A DNA stretch of 64,000 bases from a virus (IMGVR_UViG_3300042558_002764:42906-106905); one strand, 5' to 3'; shown: positions 26,901 through 35,712, counted from the stretch's first letter. The notes: a model not told the origin generated them from the letters alone. Made by a program: numbers and translations.

Positions 26901-29162
26901 GATAAAAATACAAATATGCTTACTTTAGGTGATTATTTTGCACCTAATTTTTATCATACATATGAAAACCTAAAAGACCTACCACAAGAGGGACCAATAT
27001 TAGATTTAAGTTCATCGAGAACAATTTATGACAGTTATTCTCCAAAATATATATTTTGGTCTAATTTTATGGGTGCCTCAAATACTAATACTTCTGTTGG
27101 TTCCGCGGATTCAATAATAAACACACCACTATGGTTACTTAATTATCCTTTATGGAAAAATTCTTGGCAATACGCTGAGTCTGGTGGTGATAACGGTACC
27201 GTGGCTCTTGATGAAGTAGTTTCAATAGTGGCTGGTAAAACTTCTGGTGAATTTGCTACTTACCTTGGAGAAGATATTGGTACATACCCATCTTACCATA
27301 ATAAAGCTGATTCAAACCAAAGAAGAAATTGGTCTACTTGGTGGGGATTAAATCAGTGGGGTGTAGATAATACTAATAATATATACAAACCATTGGCTTA
27401 TATGGCGGTAATGTCATTTGGTTTTGATAATTTAAAATCTGAATTTAGAACAGGACATTTTCCACCTTGGGATGGCAATAGTGATACAGATTTATCATCA
27501 TTTTCTAATTTCACAACTTCAGCTATTATGGCATATCCACCTAAAGCTTATATATTATTAATTGGAGCCATTTTATGGAGAATGAAAGAAACTAATTTAT
27601 TATTATGGGACGAAATAAAACCTACAAAAGACCCTTTTCCTTATGACGCTAGTATAAATTCAGGGTGGAATAGATTAAATAAATCATACCTTTCTGACAA
27701 TTCAAATATAGGTATAGATGACATAAACGACCCTGTATGGTTTTTCCATACATCTACGTCTAGACCTTGGTTTAAAGGTGGTTCTGTATACGCAATAAAA
27801 CCAGAACAAAATGCTTTATCTTTTGGTGGTACAAATTCTAGTTATCAAAGAAGATGGTTAGGTGCCCAAGGGGGTGTAGATAGATGGACCAATGGTGGAG
27901 CATCCATAAGTAAAAATTTTGGAACTCAAAAACCAGTAATTATCGGACCTAATAACAGTATTAATTTTCCTCCTGGTTTATCTGCTTCTGATTTTAACTT
28001 TACAAATTCATTATATCGAGCCGGATGGACTAAATCAAGTTCTATTTTTGGTAAAAATGATGATAAAGTCCCTAGTAATGGTATATTTAGAAGTGCTGTA
28101 GGTAATATTACCAAAGGATGGTTTGACCAATGTAGACCCGACCAAATGCCTTTTATTTTAAGTGATAGTGGTAGAGGTATTGATTTTACAAGTCCTAAAA
28201 CATTGGTTATTACTAATCTAAGTACTGAAACAAATAAGAATATCAATTACAGTGATAAGACACCTAATTTATTAAATAATAAATACCCTATTTTAAAAGA
28301 AGAATGTAAAGAATTAATGTTTATACCAAAAAGTTTAAAAATACAATTTATTGATGCTTTTGAATCTTGGGCAACAGGTGAAAATGCTAGATGGTTATTA
28401 GGCTTAGACCCATTAAATTGGAATGATAATGGTAGTTTAGATAATTGGTCAACAACAAGTGGTGGTTTTGATAATTCATATGTTTTAAATGGGTATAAAG
28501 GATTTTTAACTCAGACTGTTAGAAAAGATAGACAGTATTTAACATACACCAAAGAAGATAAGAAAAATTACTATACACAACGTTTTACTTTTCTTGATGA
28601 GGGTGAATTATCTGGCACAAAACCAAAACCAAAAAAACAAAAGAAAAGTAATAGTAATACTGATTACGAACCAGCATCACCTACTTATGATGTTTCATGT
28701 TTTGTGGCTGGTTCTAAAATTAAGTTAAGTAGTGGTAAAAATATTAATATTGAAGATTTAGTAGTTGGTGATATTGTATTAAGTTATAATGTAAATACAA
28801 ATATTTTTGAAGAAAGTAGTATTGAAAACGTTACAATAAATTATAAAGATAATCTTGTAATTTACAATTTTGATAACGGAATTAAAATAACTTGTACCGA
28901 TACCCACCCTATTTGGGTTGTTGGTAAAGGTTGGTCTTCTTATAGACAAACTGATGTAAATGATTCTGAACATATAGGACCCACAAAACAAATTAGTAGT
29001 GGTGATGAATGTTTTTATTATTCTAACAATAAATTTAATAAAGTTAAAATTTCTAAAATAATTGAAAAACAAAATAAAATGGTTAGGGTTTGGAACGTTA
29101 AAAACGTTACTGGTAACCATAACTTCATCATAAATAATGTTTTAGTACATAACGTTACATAA
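23985..29162 (+). CDS. Large baseplate hub protein, N-terminal half, ending in a Hint (intein-like) domain
   Basis: Position after gp53-like gene; beta-rich N-terminus (FGITNINIEF...IDFVDVRG...LTVKGYYG); last 154 aa are Hint plus VT. Confidence 0.75.
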   Translation: MALNQGPQPKVQDMGNGIRYVDPNPTDEIVNHEDLVMYVKLVARSKGRSILTFDDANDQVTNIVEQRNVKSETNFTYPTGKDSIDTSWTNIGGGNLNFGEDLGSFGITNINIEFKSSFMPQIVIDFVDVRGAALFEQGPCSPYAVFFHLPYPVFELTVKGYYGRPVTYTLALTKFNTKFNSDTGNFESKAEFVGYTYAFLADIPMGYVMAAGFMEKPHNGKDILAEKWKLLMDKKVLVNNVETPLIDQTSFTDATKPINVYDLIKSSKKLESRTSELKNSTQVTNLGKINKTKNELKGLRESVLEFRQKFLEKIANSPNGGYRISPNTTNQKNTLYLKLPNVSASDDNPVLVELKKVVETYFGTGENSQLGGTIGAKYNSVNSYYTNNAIDGPPILSWDTIKTNASGFFGTPINIVDGLRDYYIDIYESLLKPIDVASVELNKKYIIEKDNTKNFLNKEVVTTLGFLPTISNVFAIILTNVEVFLELLLRTSRDAEKYHQENNVNIGLDKTGLQQILDLKGTQNNGAELSDEENDKQKNKVYPWPTYYEKKQGSDSEVGDKETYPGENPEFVSWPEVIFVESFIKALTKLKGELAVLELQLENLPGYDNFAPITPYETHAFGVVESPNRWLKIQNGSSDQASWADSIYKVMGENAFIIGDYTMINSLSVWKSQLGFKNGWGVETLTNGNGASNGYSNTGNKYSIKPQRLAENPKVLQNIAANNQLGRYGGEGFTYGSQGKDTDSFKRKIVPATTKRMKDWGYVDALNLMTTLKLDGGVNTTLEWLQNDITTAKKDFIITEIKRVLTNKLKTQKFDEWKVSATAAIGGTPALVDKQSQIWNSYFQYVTAKNVLTLTGPIYLNDRVDSAKDIKISANPHNNDGSGAVLVKDTDLTAREIDFSSDSLIEEIKNGYKKYYASTEETDSGIAENLLEVGSLAYRLLKFRPKTPRDKPTTAYDTKKVIETEADINLSRDKNTNMLTLGDYFAPNFYHTYENLKDLPQEGPILDLSSSRTIYDSYSPKYIFWSNFMGASNTNTSVGSADSIINTPLWLLNYPLWKNSWQYAESGGDNGTVALDEVVSIVAGKTSGEFATYLGEDIGTYPSYHNKADSNQRRNWSTWWGLNQWGVDNTNNIYKPLAYMAVMSFGFDNLKSEFRTGHFPPWDGNSDTDLSSFSNFTTSAIMAYPPKAYILLIGAILWRMKETNLLLWDEIKPTKDPFPYDASINSGWNRLNKSYLSDNSNIGIDDINDPVWFFHTSTSRPWFKGGSVYAIKPEQNALSFGGTNSSYQRRWLGAQGGVDRWTNGGASISKNFGTQKPVIIGPNNSINFPPGLSASDFNFTNSLYRAGWTKSSSIFGKNDDKVPSNGIFRSAVGNITKGWFDQCRPDQMPFILSDSGRGIDFTSPKTLVITNLSTETNKNINYSDKTPNLLNNKYPILKEECKELMFIPKSLKIQFIDAFESWATGENARWLLGLDPLNWNDNGSLDNWSTTSGGFDNSYVLNGYKGFLTQTVRKDRQYLTYTKEDKKNYYTQRFTFLDEGELSGTKPKPKKQKKSNSNTDYEPASPTYDVSCFVAGSKIKLSSGKNINIEDLVVGDIVLSYNVNTNIFEESSIENVTINYKDNLVIYNFDNGIKITCTDTHPIWVVGKGWSSYRQTDVNDSEHIGPTKQISSGDECFYYSNNKFNKVKISKIIEKQNKMVRVWNVKNVTGNHNFIINNVLVHNVT
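28698..29153 (+). other. 152-aa Hint/mini-intein-like domain, no homing endonuclease
   Basis: Block A CFVAGSKI...IEDLVVGD, block B ITCTDTHPIW, blocks F/G VWNVKNVTGNHNFIINNVLVHN; followed only by V-T-stop. Confidence 0.9.
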
Positions 29163-31090
29163 TGAGTGATAACACAAGATTAGTAGGATTAAAAAAAGAT
29201 AAAAACAAAGAACTGTATGAAGAATTATTTGTAACTGATTCTAAATACCGTTTAATTTCTTCATCACCTAAAGTTTTTTCTGCCATACATCCTGATGATT
29301 TTAATGAAGAATTTTATATATCTGAGGATGAATTAAGTTCATACGTCGACGGATTTATTCAAGCGGTGTCAGACAATTCCAAAAAAATTATTGAGTCAAT
29401 TACACAAAATACGGATAATAACGATAATATAGCTGATTCCGCTTTAAATGACACAGACCTAAAACTTTCTTTATATCGTTCATTTAAATCACTTTACGAT
29501 AAATGGATTTCTTGTTCTGTAATTGGTTCAGATAGTACTTCGGGTAATACTTCAGGTTATTTCTATAATAACTATGGTAGTAGTAGTCCATCTGAAACAA
29601 GGATGTTATATGAACATTTTAGTTTTGTTAATAGAGGTAATGGTGATGTGGGTAAAAAAGCAGTTATAGATTTTTCATACCTTTCTAATTTAGCTAGTAC
29701 CAAAAACGGACAAGGGCCAACACAATCCCTATACGAATCTATAACTAATTTATTAACAAAAAACAATTTTGAATTTTTTGCAATGCCAAACGTAATTGGG
29801 TATTCTACAGGGGGCAATGAAGTTCTTGAAAATATTTTTAGAGCTTTCGATAGTCCTATAGATAGAATACCCGCTAAACCTGGATTTGTGTGTATGTTTA
29901 TTGGGGGTAATTCTAGGACATTAGATATACCAAAAACTTCATGTAGTAATAATGGTATTAATTTTGATTATGTAGACGATACCTTTGATATAGATAAACC
30001 CACTACATACCCAGAAGATTTTATTAAAAATGGTGGTATAACAGCTTTTAAAGTTAGATACGGACAACAAACCCAAAATCATTTTAAATCTTTAGAACTA
30101 GACCAATCCGAATTTAAAGAAACTCAAGAATCACTTTTGGTAATTGATGCCTTAACAAATCCTAGTAGTGGCTCAGACCCAACACAAATTGGTAAGGGTA
30201 ATAATATTTATGATATGTATTTGACAAGAAACTATTCTTGTACTGTTAACACATTTGGTAACATGCAAATACAACCAATGATGGTCTTTAAATTAGAGAA
30301 CGTCCCAATGTATAAAGGAACTTATTTAATTACAAACGTCAGTCATTCCATAAAACCACACAATGTAGAAACAACATTTAAAGGTGTGAGACAACCAATA
30401 GTCACCGTACCTATTGTAACAGAAGCTTTGAGTTTGATTGACCTAGCTCTAGCTGAAACACTACAAGGAGATGCTGCTTTAGGTAACACTGGTGGGGGAG
30501 GTGGAGGAACCACAACTACAACTACAATATTACCAGCCAACCAAATATTCATAGACGATACTGTTTATGGAGATAGTTCAAATGAACAATGCCCTAAAAT
30601 AGACGGTATAACAGATGGTGGTGTTGGTGACGCTTATACCGGTGGTAAATTATTTAAAATTAGGTTATGTAAGGTAAAAGGTGCACTTATAAACGTCAAA
30701 ATGGCGGAAAATTTAAATAATATGGTTAATGCCGCACAAGCGGATGGTGTACCATTAACTTGTGGTAGTAACTTTAGAACAATGGAAGACCAAATAAATA
30801 CGGCTAAAGCTAATGGGTGTTATAAAACAGGTGTTTATGTAAAAGGTAATTGTGACCCTGATACTGCCACACCAGGGAGGTCAAGACACCAAAGTGGATT
30901 TGCAATAGATTTTGGTTGTAATGGGTCGACAATTTGTTATAAACACGATTCAGCTTGGTGTGCCGCAAATGGTGCTTCTAAAAAACCAAACGAATATGTT
31001 TGTTTTAATTGGTTGGTTAATAACGCCTCAAAATACGGATTTATTAATTACAACGGTGAGGCTTGGCACTGGTCAATAGATGGTACATAA
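29162..31090 (+). CDS. Hub C-terminal half, paralog 1, with M15 (VanY-like) peptidoglycan peptidase domain
   Basis: Hub-like GTYLITNVSHSIK...TTFKGVR; Gly/Thr linker; SNFRTMEDQ, ATPGRSRHQSGFAIDF, EAWHW. Confidence 0.85.
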   Translation: MSDNTRLVGLKKDKNKELYEELFVTDSKYRLISSSPKVFSAIHPDDFNEEFYISEDELSSYVDGFIQAVSDNSKKIIESITQNTDNNDNIADSALNDTDLKLSLYRSFKSLYDKWISCSVIGSDSTSGNTSGYFYNNYGSSSPSETRMLYEHFSFVNRGNGDVGKKAVIDFSYLSNLASTKNGQGPTQSLYESITNLLTKNNFEFFAMPNVIGYSTGGNEVLENIFRAFDSPIDRIPAKPGFVCMFIGGNSRTLDIPKTSCSNNGINFDYVDDTFDIDKPTTYPEDFIKNGGITAFKVRYGQQTQNHFKSLELDQSEFKETQESLLVIDALTNPSSGSDPTQIGKGNNIYDMYLTRNYSCTVNTFGNMQIQPMMVFKLENVPMYKGTYLITNVSHSIKPHNVETTFKGVRQPIVTVPIVTEALSLIDLALAETLQGDAALGNTGGGGGGTTTTTTILPANQIFIDDTVYGDSSNEQCPKIDGITDGGVGDAYTGGKLFKIRLCKVKGALINVKMAENLNNMVNAAQADGVPLTCGSNFRTMEDQINTAKANGCYKTGVYVKGNCDPDTATPGRSRHQSGFAIDFGCNGSTICYKHDSAWCAANGASKKPNEYVCFNWLVNNASKYGFINYNGEAWHWSIDGT

Positions 31091-31144
31091 AATATTATGG
31101 GTGATAAAAAAAATTAATAGGATTAAAAAAATAAGATAAAAATA

Positions 31145-33130
31145 ATGAGTGATAACACAAGATTAGTAGGATTAAAAAAAGATAAAAATGATGAACTGTA
31201 CAAAGAATTATTTGTAACTGATTCTAAATACCGTTTAATTTCTTCATCACCTAAAGTTTTTAGTGCAATTCACCCTGAAGATTTTGGAGAAGATTTTTAT
31301 ATTTCAGAGGATGAACTAGGTTCTTATATTGATGGATTTATTCAAGCGGTGACCGATAACTCTCAAAAAATCATTGATTCCATCACACAAAATACAGATA
31401 ATAACGATAATATAGCTGATTCTGCTTTAAATGACACAGACCTAAAACTTTCTTTATATCGCTCATTTAAATCTCTTTACGATAAATGGATTTCTAGTTC
31501 AGAATATAACCAACAACAAACATCTAATTATTTTTATAATGCATATTCAGCAGAAAAAACTGACGAAAGAATGTTATACGAACATTTTAATTTTGTTAAT
31601 AGATGTGGTACTGACATAGGTAAAAAGGCTGTTATAGATTTTGCTTACCTTTCTAATTTAGCTAGTACCAAAAATGGGCAAGGACCTACACAATCACTAT
31701 ACGAATCTATAACTGGAGTTTTAAGTAAAAATAATTTTAATTTCTTACCATTACCTGGGTATATTAAATATTCAGACGCAAATACAAGTGAATTAGAAGA
31801 TATGTTTAGAGCTTTTGATGGTCCACTAACTAAAATGAGAGCAAACCCTAAATTTGTGTGTATGTTTATTGGTGGTAGTTCTAGAAGTTTAGATATACCT
31901 AGGTCTTATTGTGGTACTAACGGAACTAATTTTGAATATAAAGATGATTCTTTTGACATATTTGACCCAACCACTTACCCCCAAGATTTTAATAACGATA
32001 AAACAAGTGGTATTGTGGCTTTTAAAGTTAGATACGGACAAGAAACCCAAAACCACTTTATTAAAGTGGAGTTAGACCAAGCTGAGTTTAGGGAAACACA
32101 AGATTCACTTTTGGTAATTGACGCTTTGGTAAACCCAAGTAGTGGTTCGGACCCAACACAAATTGGTAAGGGTAATAATTTATATGATGTTAACTTAACT
32201 AGAGGTTACACTTGTAAGGTTGAGACTTTGGGTAACATGCAAATACAACCCACAATGTTTTTTAAATTAGAAAATATCCCAATGTTTAGAGGTACTTATC
32301 TAATTACAGATGTATCACACACAATCGTACCACATAACGCTAAAACAACTTTTACAGCAACAAGACAACCAATAATTACGGTACCAATTGTGACCGAAGC
32401 TTTGAGTATATTAGATTTATCTTTAGTTGAAACAGTACAAGGAGACACGAATTTAAATAACACTGGAGGTGGAGGAACCACAACAACCACAACAACTGAT
32501 AATAATTATGACGAATCTACAGTAACAACATTCAGTGGAATTGATGATTGTGTAACAACTTCTTTAAATAGTGTTAAAAATGATGGGTCCTTCCCAGTAA
32601 TCATAAAAGGATGTTATACGGCTAAAGATTTAGGTGGAGACGCCTTACACTCTTTTAATACTAGAAAAAGTGATAATTTTGGTGGTTATATGTTTACTGA
32701 ATCAGCAGTACCAGCTAATTTTAGTAATAGAGTTAAAGTTGGTACACAGGGTGGAGTTTATGCTGGAAAAGGTGTTAACACTGTAATAAAAGAAATAAAT
32801 AGTAAGGGTGTTAAAGTAAAAGTTTCAAAAATAGAAATTAATATAGATTGGACTAATTATTTTGTTAGTTGGGCAGTTACAATAGAAAAAAGTACTGACG
32901 AAAAATCTTACATTGGAGTAGCTACTAGAGGTTCAATAGGTAGTATATCTTCTGGAAACTATTCAGACAGAGCAGATTCACAAATACCGACATTAAAAAG
33001 CCAAAACCCAGAATACGCAAATTGGGTTTCACCAAAAATTATTTATAATAAAAATATAATGGCAACTGGTTATTTAGAAGACCCTAAAAAACAATTAAGA
33101 CAATATTTTTTAGCTTATACAAAAGCTTAA
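31145..33130 (+). CDS. Hub C-terminal half, paralog 2, with unrecognised C-terminal domain
   Basis: Same conserved N-terminal region as paralog 1 up to PIVTEALS; GGGGTTTTTTT linker; then about 215 aa of unknown family. Confidence 0.85.
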   Translation: MSDNTRLVGLKKDKNDELYKELFVTDSKYRLISSSPKVFSAIHPEDFGEDFYISEDELGSYIDGFIQAVTDNSQKIIDSITQNTDNNDNIADSALNDTDLKLSLYRSFKSLYDKWISSSEYNQQQTSNYFYNAYSAEKTDERMLYEHFNFVNRCGTDIGKKAVIDFAYLSNLASTKNGQGPTQSLYESITGVLSKNNFNFLPLPGYIKYSDANTSELEDMFRAFDGPLTKMRANPKFVCMFIGGSSRSLDIPRSYCGTNGTNFEYKDDSFDIFDPTTYPQDFNNDKTSGIVAFKVRYGQETQNHFIKVELDQAEFRETQDSLLVIDALVNPSSGSDPTQIGKGNNLYDVNLTRGYTCKVETLGNMQIQPTMFFKLENIPMFRGTYLITDVSHTIVPHNAKTTFTATRQPIITVPIVTEALSILDLSLVETVQGDTNLNNTGGGGTTTTTTTDNNYDESTVTTFSGIDDCVTTSLNSVKNDGSFPVIIKGCYTAKDLGGDALHSFNTRKSDNFGGYMFTESAVPANFSNRVKVGTQGGVYAGKGVNTVIKEINSKGVKVKVSKIEINIDWTNYFVSWAVTIEKSTDEKSYIGVATRGSIGSISSGNYSDRADSQIPTLKSQNPEYANWVSPKIIYNKNIMATGYLEDPKKQLRQYFLAYTKA

Positions 33131-33169
33131 TTATACTATCTGTTTTAGTTAAAAAAATAATAAAGTAAT

Positions 33170-35707
33170 ATGAGTGATAACACAAGATTAGTAGGATTAA
33201 AAAAAGATAAAAACAAAGAACTGTATGAAGAATTATTTGTAACTGATTCTAAATATAGGCTCATATCTTCTTCACCTAAAGTTTTTTCTGCTATTCACCC
33301 CGAAGATTTTGGTGAAGATTTTTATATATCTGAGGATGAATTAAGTTCTTATGTTGATGGGTTTATTCAAGCGGTGACAGACAATTCCAAAAAAATTATT
33401 GAATCAATTACACAAAATACAAATAATAACTCTATTGAGGATAACATGTCAAGTGACCCAGATGTTAAACTTTCATTATATCGTTCATTTAAATCATTTT
33501 ATGATAAATGGGTATCTAATTCTTATGATAGTGTAAATAAATCTTCTGGTTATTTCTTTAATAATTACGGTGAAGAAGATGATAGAATGTTATATGAACA
33601 TTTTAAATTTATTAATAGAGCAAATCAAGACGTGGGTAAAAAAGCAGTTATAGACTTTTCATACCTTTCTAATTTAGCTAGTACCAAAAACGGACAAGGG
33701 CCAACACAATCACTATATGAGTCATTGACAAGTTTATTAAGTAAAAACAATTTTGATTTTTGGCCATTACCAGCAAACATTGATTTATCAACAGTATCAT
33801 TAACAAATGAACAAGTAAAAGATATTTTTAGACCATTAACATTTATAGATAAGGTACATCCAGGACCATCATTTGTTTGTGTTCATATTGGGGGTAGTTC
33901 TAGGTCTCTAGCTGATTTAAAAGACAATAGTAATACTTGTAGTGTTAATGGTGGTAATTTTGAATATGTTGATGACTCTTTTGATATTACAAATACAGTA
34001 GATTTACCGGTTGAATACACTAAAGAAGGTGAGGGTTTAGTTGTTTTTAAAGTTAGATATGGGCAAGAAGCACAAAATCATTTTAACTCAATAGAGTTAG
34101 ACCAAACAGAATTTAAAGAAACACAAGAATCTTTACAAATAATAGATGCCTTAACAAATCCTAATAGTGGCTCAAACCCATCACAAATTGGTAAAGGTAA
34201 TAACATGTATGATGTTTATTTAACAAGGGCTTATAATTGTACGGTTTCAGGTTTGGGTAATATGTCAATACAACCTTTAATGTATTTTAAATTAGAAAAC
34301 GTACCAATGTTTAGAGGTACTTATCTAATTAATGCCGTTAGCCATACAATAACAAATAATAAAATTACTACTGAATTTACTGGTATGAGACAACCCAAAG
34401 TAACCGTACCTGTTGTAACTGAAGCTTTGAGTTTAATTGATTTAGCTTTAGTTGAAGTAGTACAAACTGATACAACTACCACTAATACTAATGGTAATGG
34501 AAGTACTACTGATAGTGGTGATTATAGTGGTGGTGATATTTCAGTATTTAATAGTGTTGATACAAACGCTAAAGGTTGTGAGATTATAGGAAGACTTAAG
34601 GGTGATTTGGGTATAACTGATGCACAGGCCGCTGGTATTATTGGTAATTTAATTGCTGAATCAGGTTTAATACCTGATAGAATACAAGATAGAAAAGGGA
34701 GAAAACCAAGGGGACTTATAACAGAATCTGGTGGATGGAATGGAACTACATTTTCTAAAGGTGGGGAAGATGAAGAAGGTTATGGTTGGGCACAATGGAC
34801 TTTCTATACATTAAAAAATGATTTTATAGAATATGCAAGTACTAAAGGTTTTGATTTAAAAACAAAACCAGCAACAGATGAAATTAATTATGGTTATTTA
34901 ATATATTGGTTAACTGTATCAGAAGGTGGTAAAAAATTTGAAAAATTTAAAAGTGAAGATACAGTTTATAAAGCAGCAAAATATGTTGCTCAAAAATGGG
35001 AAAGATGTGAATTTTGTCAAACAGAGGCTGAATGGAAAAAAAGAAGTGCTTTTGCACAAAACGTGTTTGATAGTTGTGGTAAAACACCAACTGGTGGGGG
35101 TGGTACAGGAAAACCACCAGAACCAAAAAATTGTAGTAGTTCTGTTAAATTTGGTCTTAATGGTGGTGGTACTTTAGCTAACGCTAAAAACGCTATTGTT
35201 GGTTCTTCAAGTGTTGGGACCCTTAATGGTATGAGTAAATCTAGTACTTACGGTAACTTAACTAGTAATAATATATACGTATACTATAACTGTGGTGGTA
35301 AAACACTCTCTTGGTTAAAACAACAAATTAATGGAGACGGTAATGTTTACACAAGTGTAGAATCATTCTTCCAAGTAGGTATTGGTACTAATGACGGGTA
35401 TCCAACAAAGGATAGTACCAAGAAAGATATTAAAGCATATACTGATTTGGTTAGAAAAAAATTCCCTAACGCTACATTATATATTTTACCTGGTACTCGT
35501 GGTTGGGGAAGTGTTTCTAATACTACACTTAGTCAAATGAAATCTTATTATAAACAATATACAGATTTAGGTTGGACTTTATTGTGGCCTTTAAATAGTT
35601 CTAGTAATGAAATAGACCCTTATTTTGACACACAAACAAAAGCTCACAACAGTAATGATGAATGGTTTAAAAAACAAATGAAAAGAATCAAAGATAATAA
35701 GAGTTAA
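33170..35707 (+). CDS. Hub C-terminal half, paralog 3, with phage tail lysozyme domain and SGNH-like hydrolase domain
   Basis: QAAGIIGNLIAESG...GYGWAQWT...WER (tail lysozyme-like), then IVGSSS...GIGTNDG...KFPNATLYIL (SGNH-like). Confidence 0.85.
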   Translation: MSDNTRLVGLKKDKNKELYEELFVTDSKYRLISSSPKVFSAIHPEDFGEDFYISEDELSSYVDGFIQAVTDNSKKIIESITQNTNNNSIEDNMSSDPDVKLSLYRSFKSFYDKWVSNSYDSVNKSSGYFFNNYGEEDDRMLYEHFKFINRANQDVGKKAVIDFSYLSNLASTKNGQGPTQSLYESLTSLLSKNNFDFWPLPANIDLSTVSLTNEQVKDIFRPLTFIDKVHPGPSFVCVHIGGSSRSLADLKDNSNTCSVNGGNFEYVDDSFDITNTVDLPVEYTKEGEGLVVFKVRYGQEAQNHFNSIELDQTEFKETQESLQIIDALTNPNSGSNPSQIGKGNNMYDVYLTRAYNCTVSGLGNMSIQPLMYFKLENVPMFRGTYLINAVSHTITNNKITTEFTGMRQPKVTVPVVTEALSLIDLALVEVVQTDTTTTNTNGNGSTTDSGDYSGGDISVFNSVDTNAKGCEIIGRLKGDLGITDAQAAGIIGNLIAESGLIPDRIQDRKGRKPRGLITESGGWNGTTFSKGGEDEEGYGWAQWTFYTLKNDFIEYASTKGFDLKTKPATDEINYGYLIYWLTVSEGGKKFEKFKSEDTVYKAAKYVAQKWERCEFCQTEAEWKKRSAFAQNVFDSCGKTPTGGGGTGKPPEPKNCSSSVKFGLNGGGTLANAKNAIVGSSSVGTLNGMSKSSTYGNLTSNNIYVYYNCGGKTLSWLKQQINGDGNVYTSVESFFQVGIGTNDGYPTKDSTKKDIKAYTDLVRKKFPNATLYILPGTRGWGSVSNTTLSQMKSYYKQYTDLGWTLLWPLNSSSNEIDPYFDTQTKAHNSNDEWFKKQMKRIKDNKS

Positions 35708-35712
35708 AATAG

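Noticed and set aside
28698-29162. Conventional cis-splicing intein or mobile homing element
   Set aside because: No endonuclease domain, the +1 residue is Val, and only two residues follow.
29162-35707. Triplication as an assembly artefact
   Set aside because: Copies differ by many synonymous changes and indels and have wholly different 3' domains, each with an intact frame; read support is still worth confirming.
29162-35707. DGR, shufflon or CRISPR explanation for the repeats
   Set aside because: No reverse transcriptase, adenine-specific variation, invertase or inverted crossover sites; repeats are long, coding and direct. No copy of the 44-nt start was seen inside the upstream hub gene that would allow DNA-level fusion.
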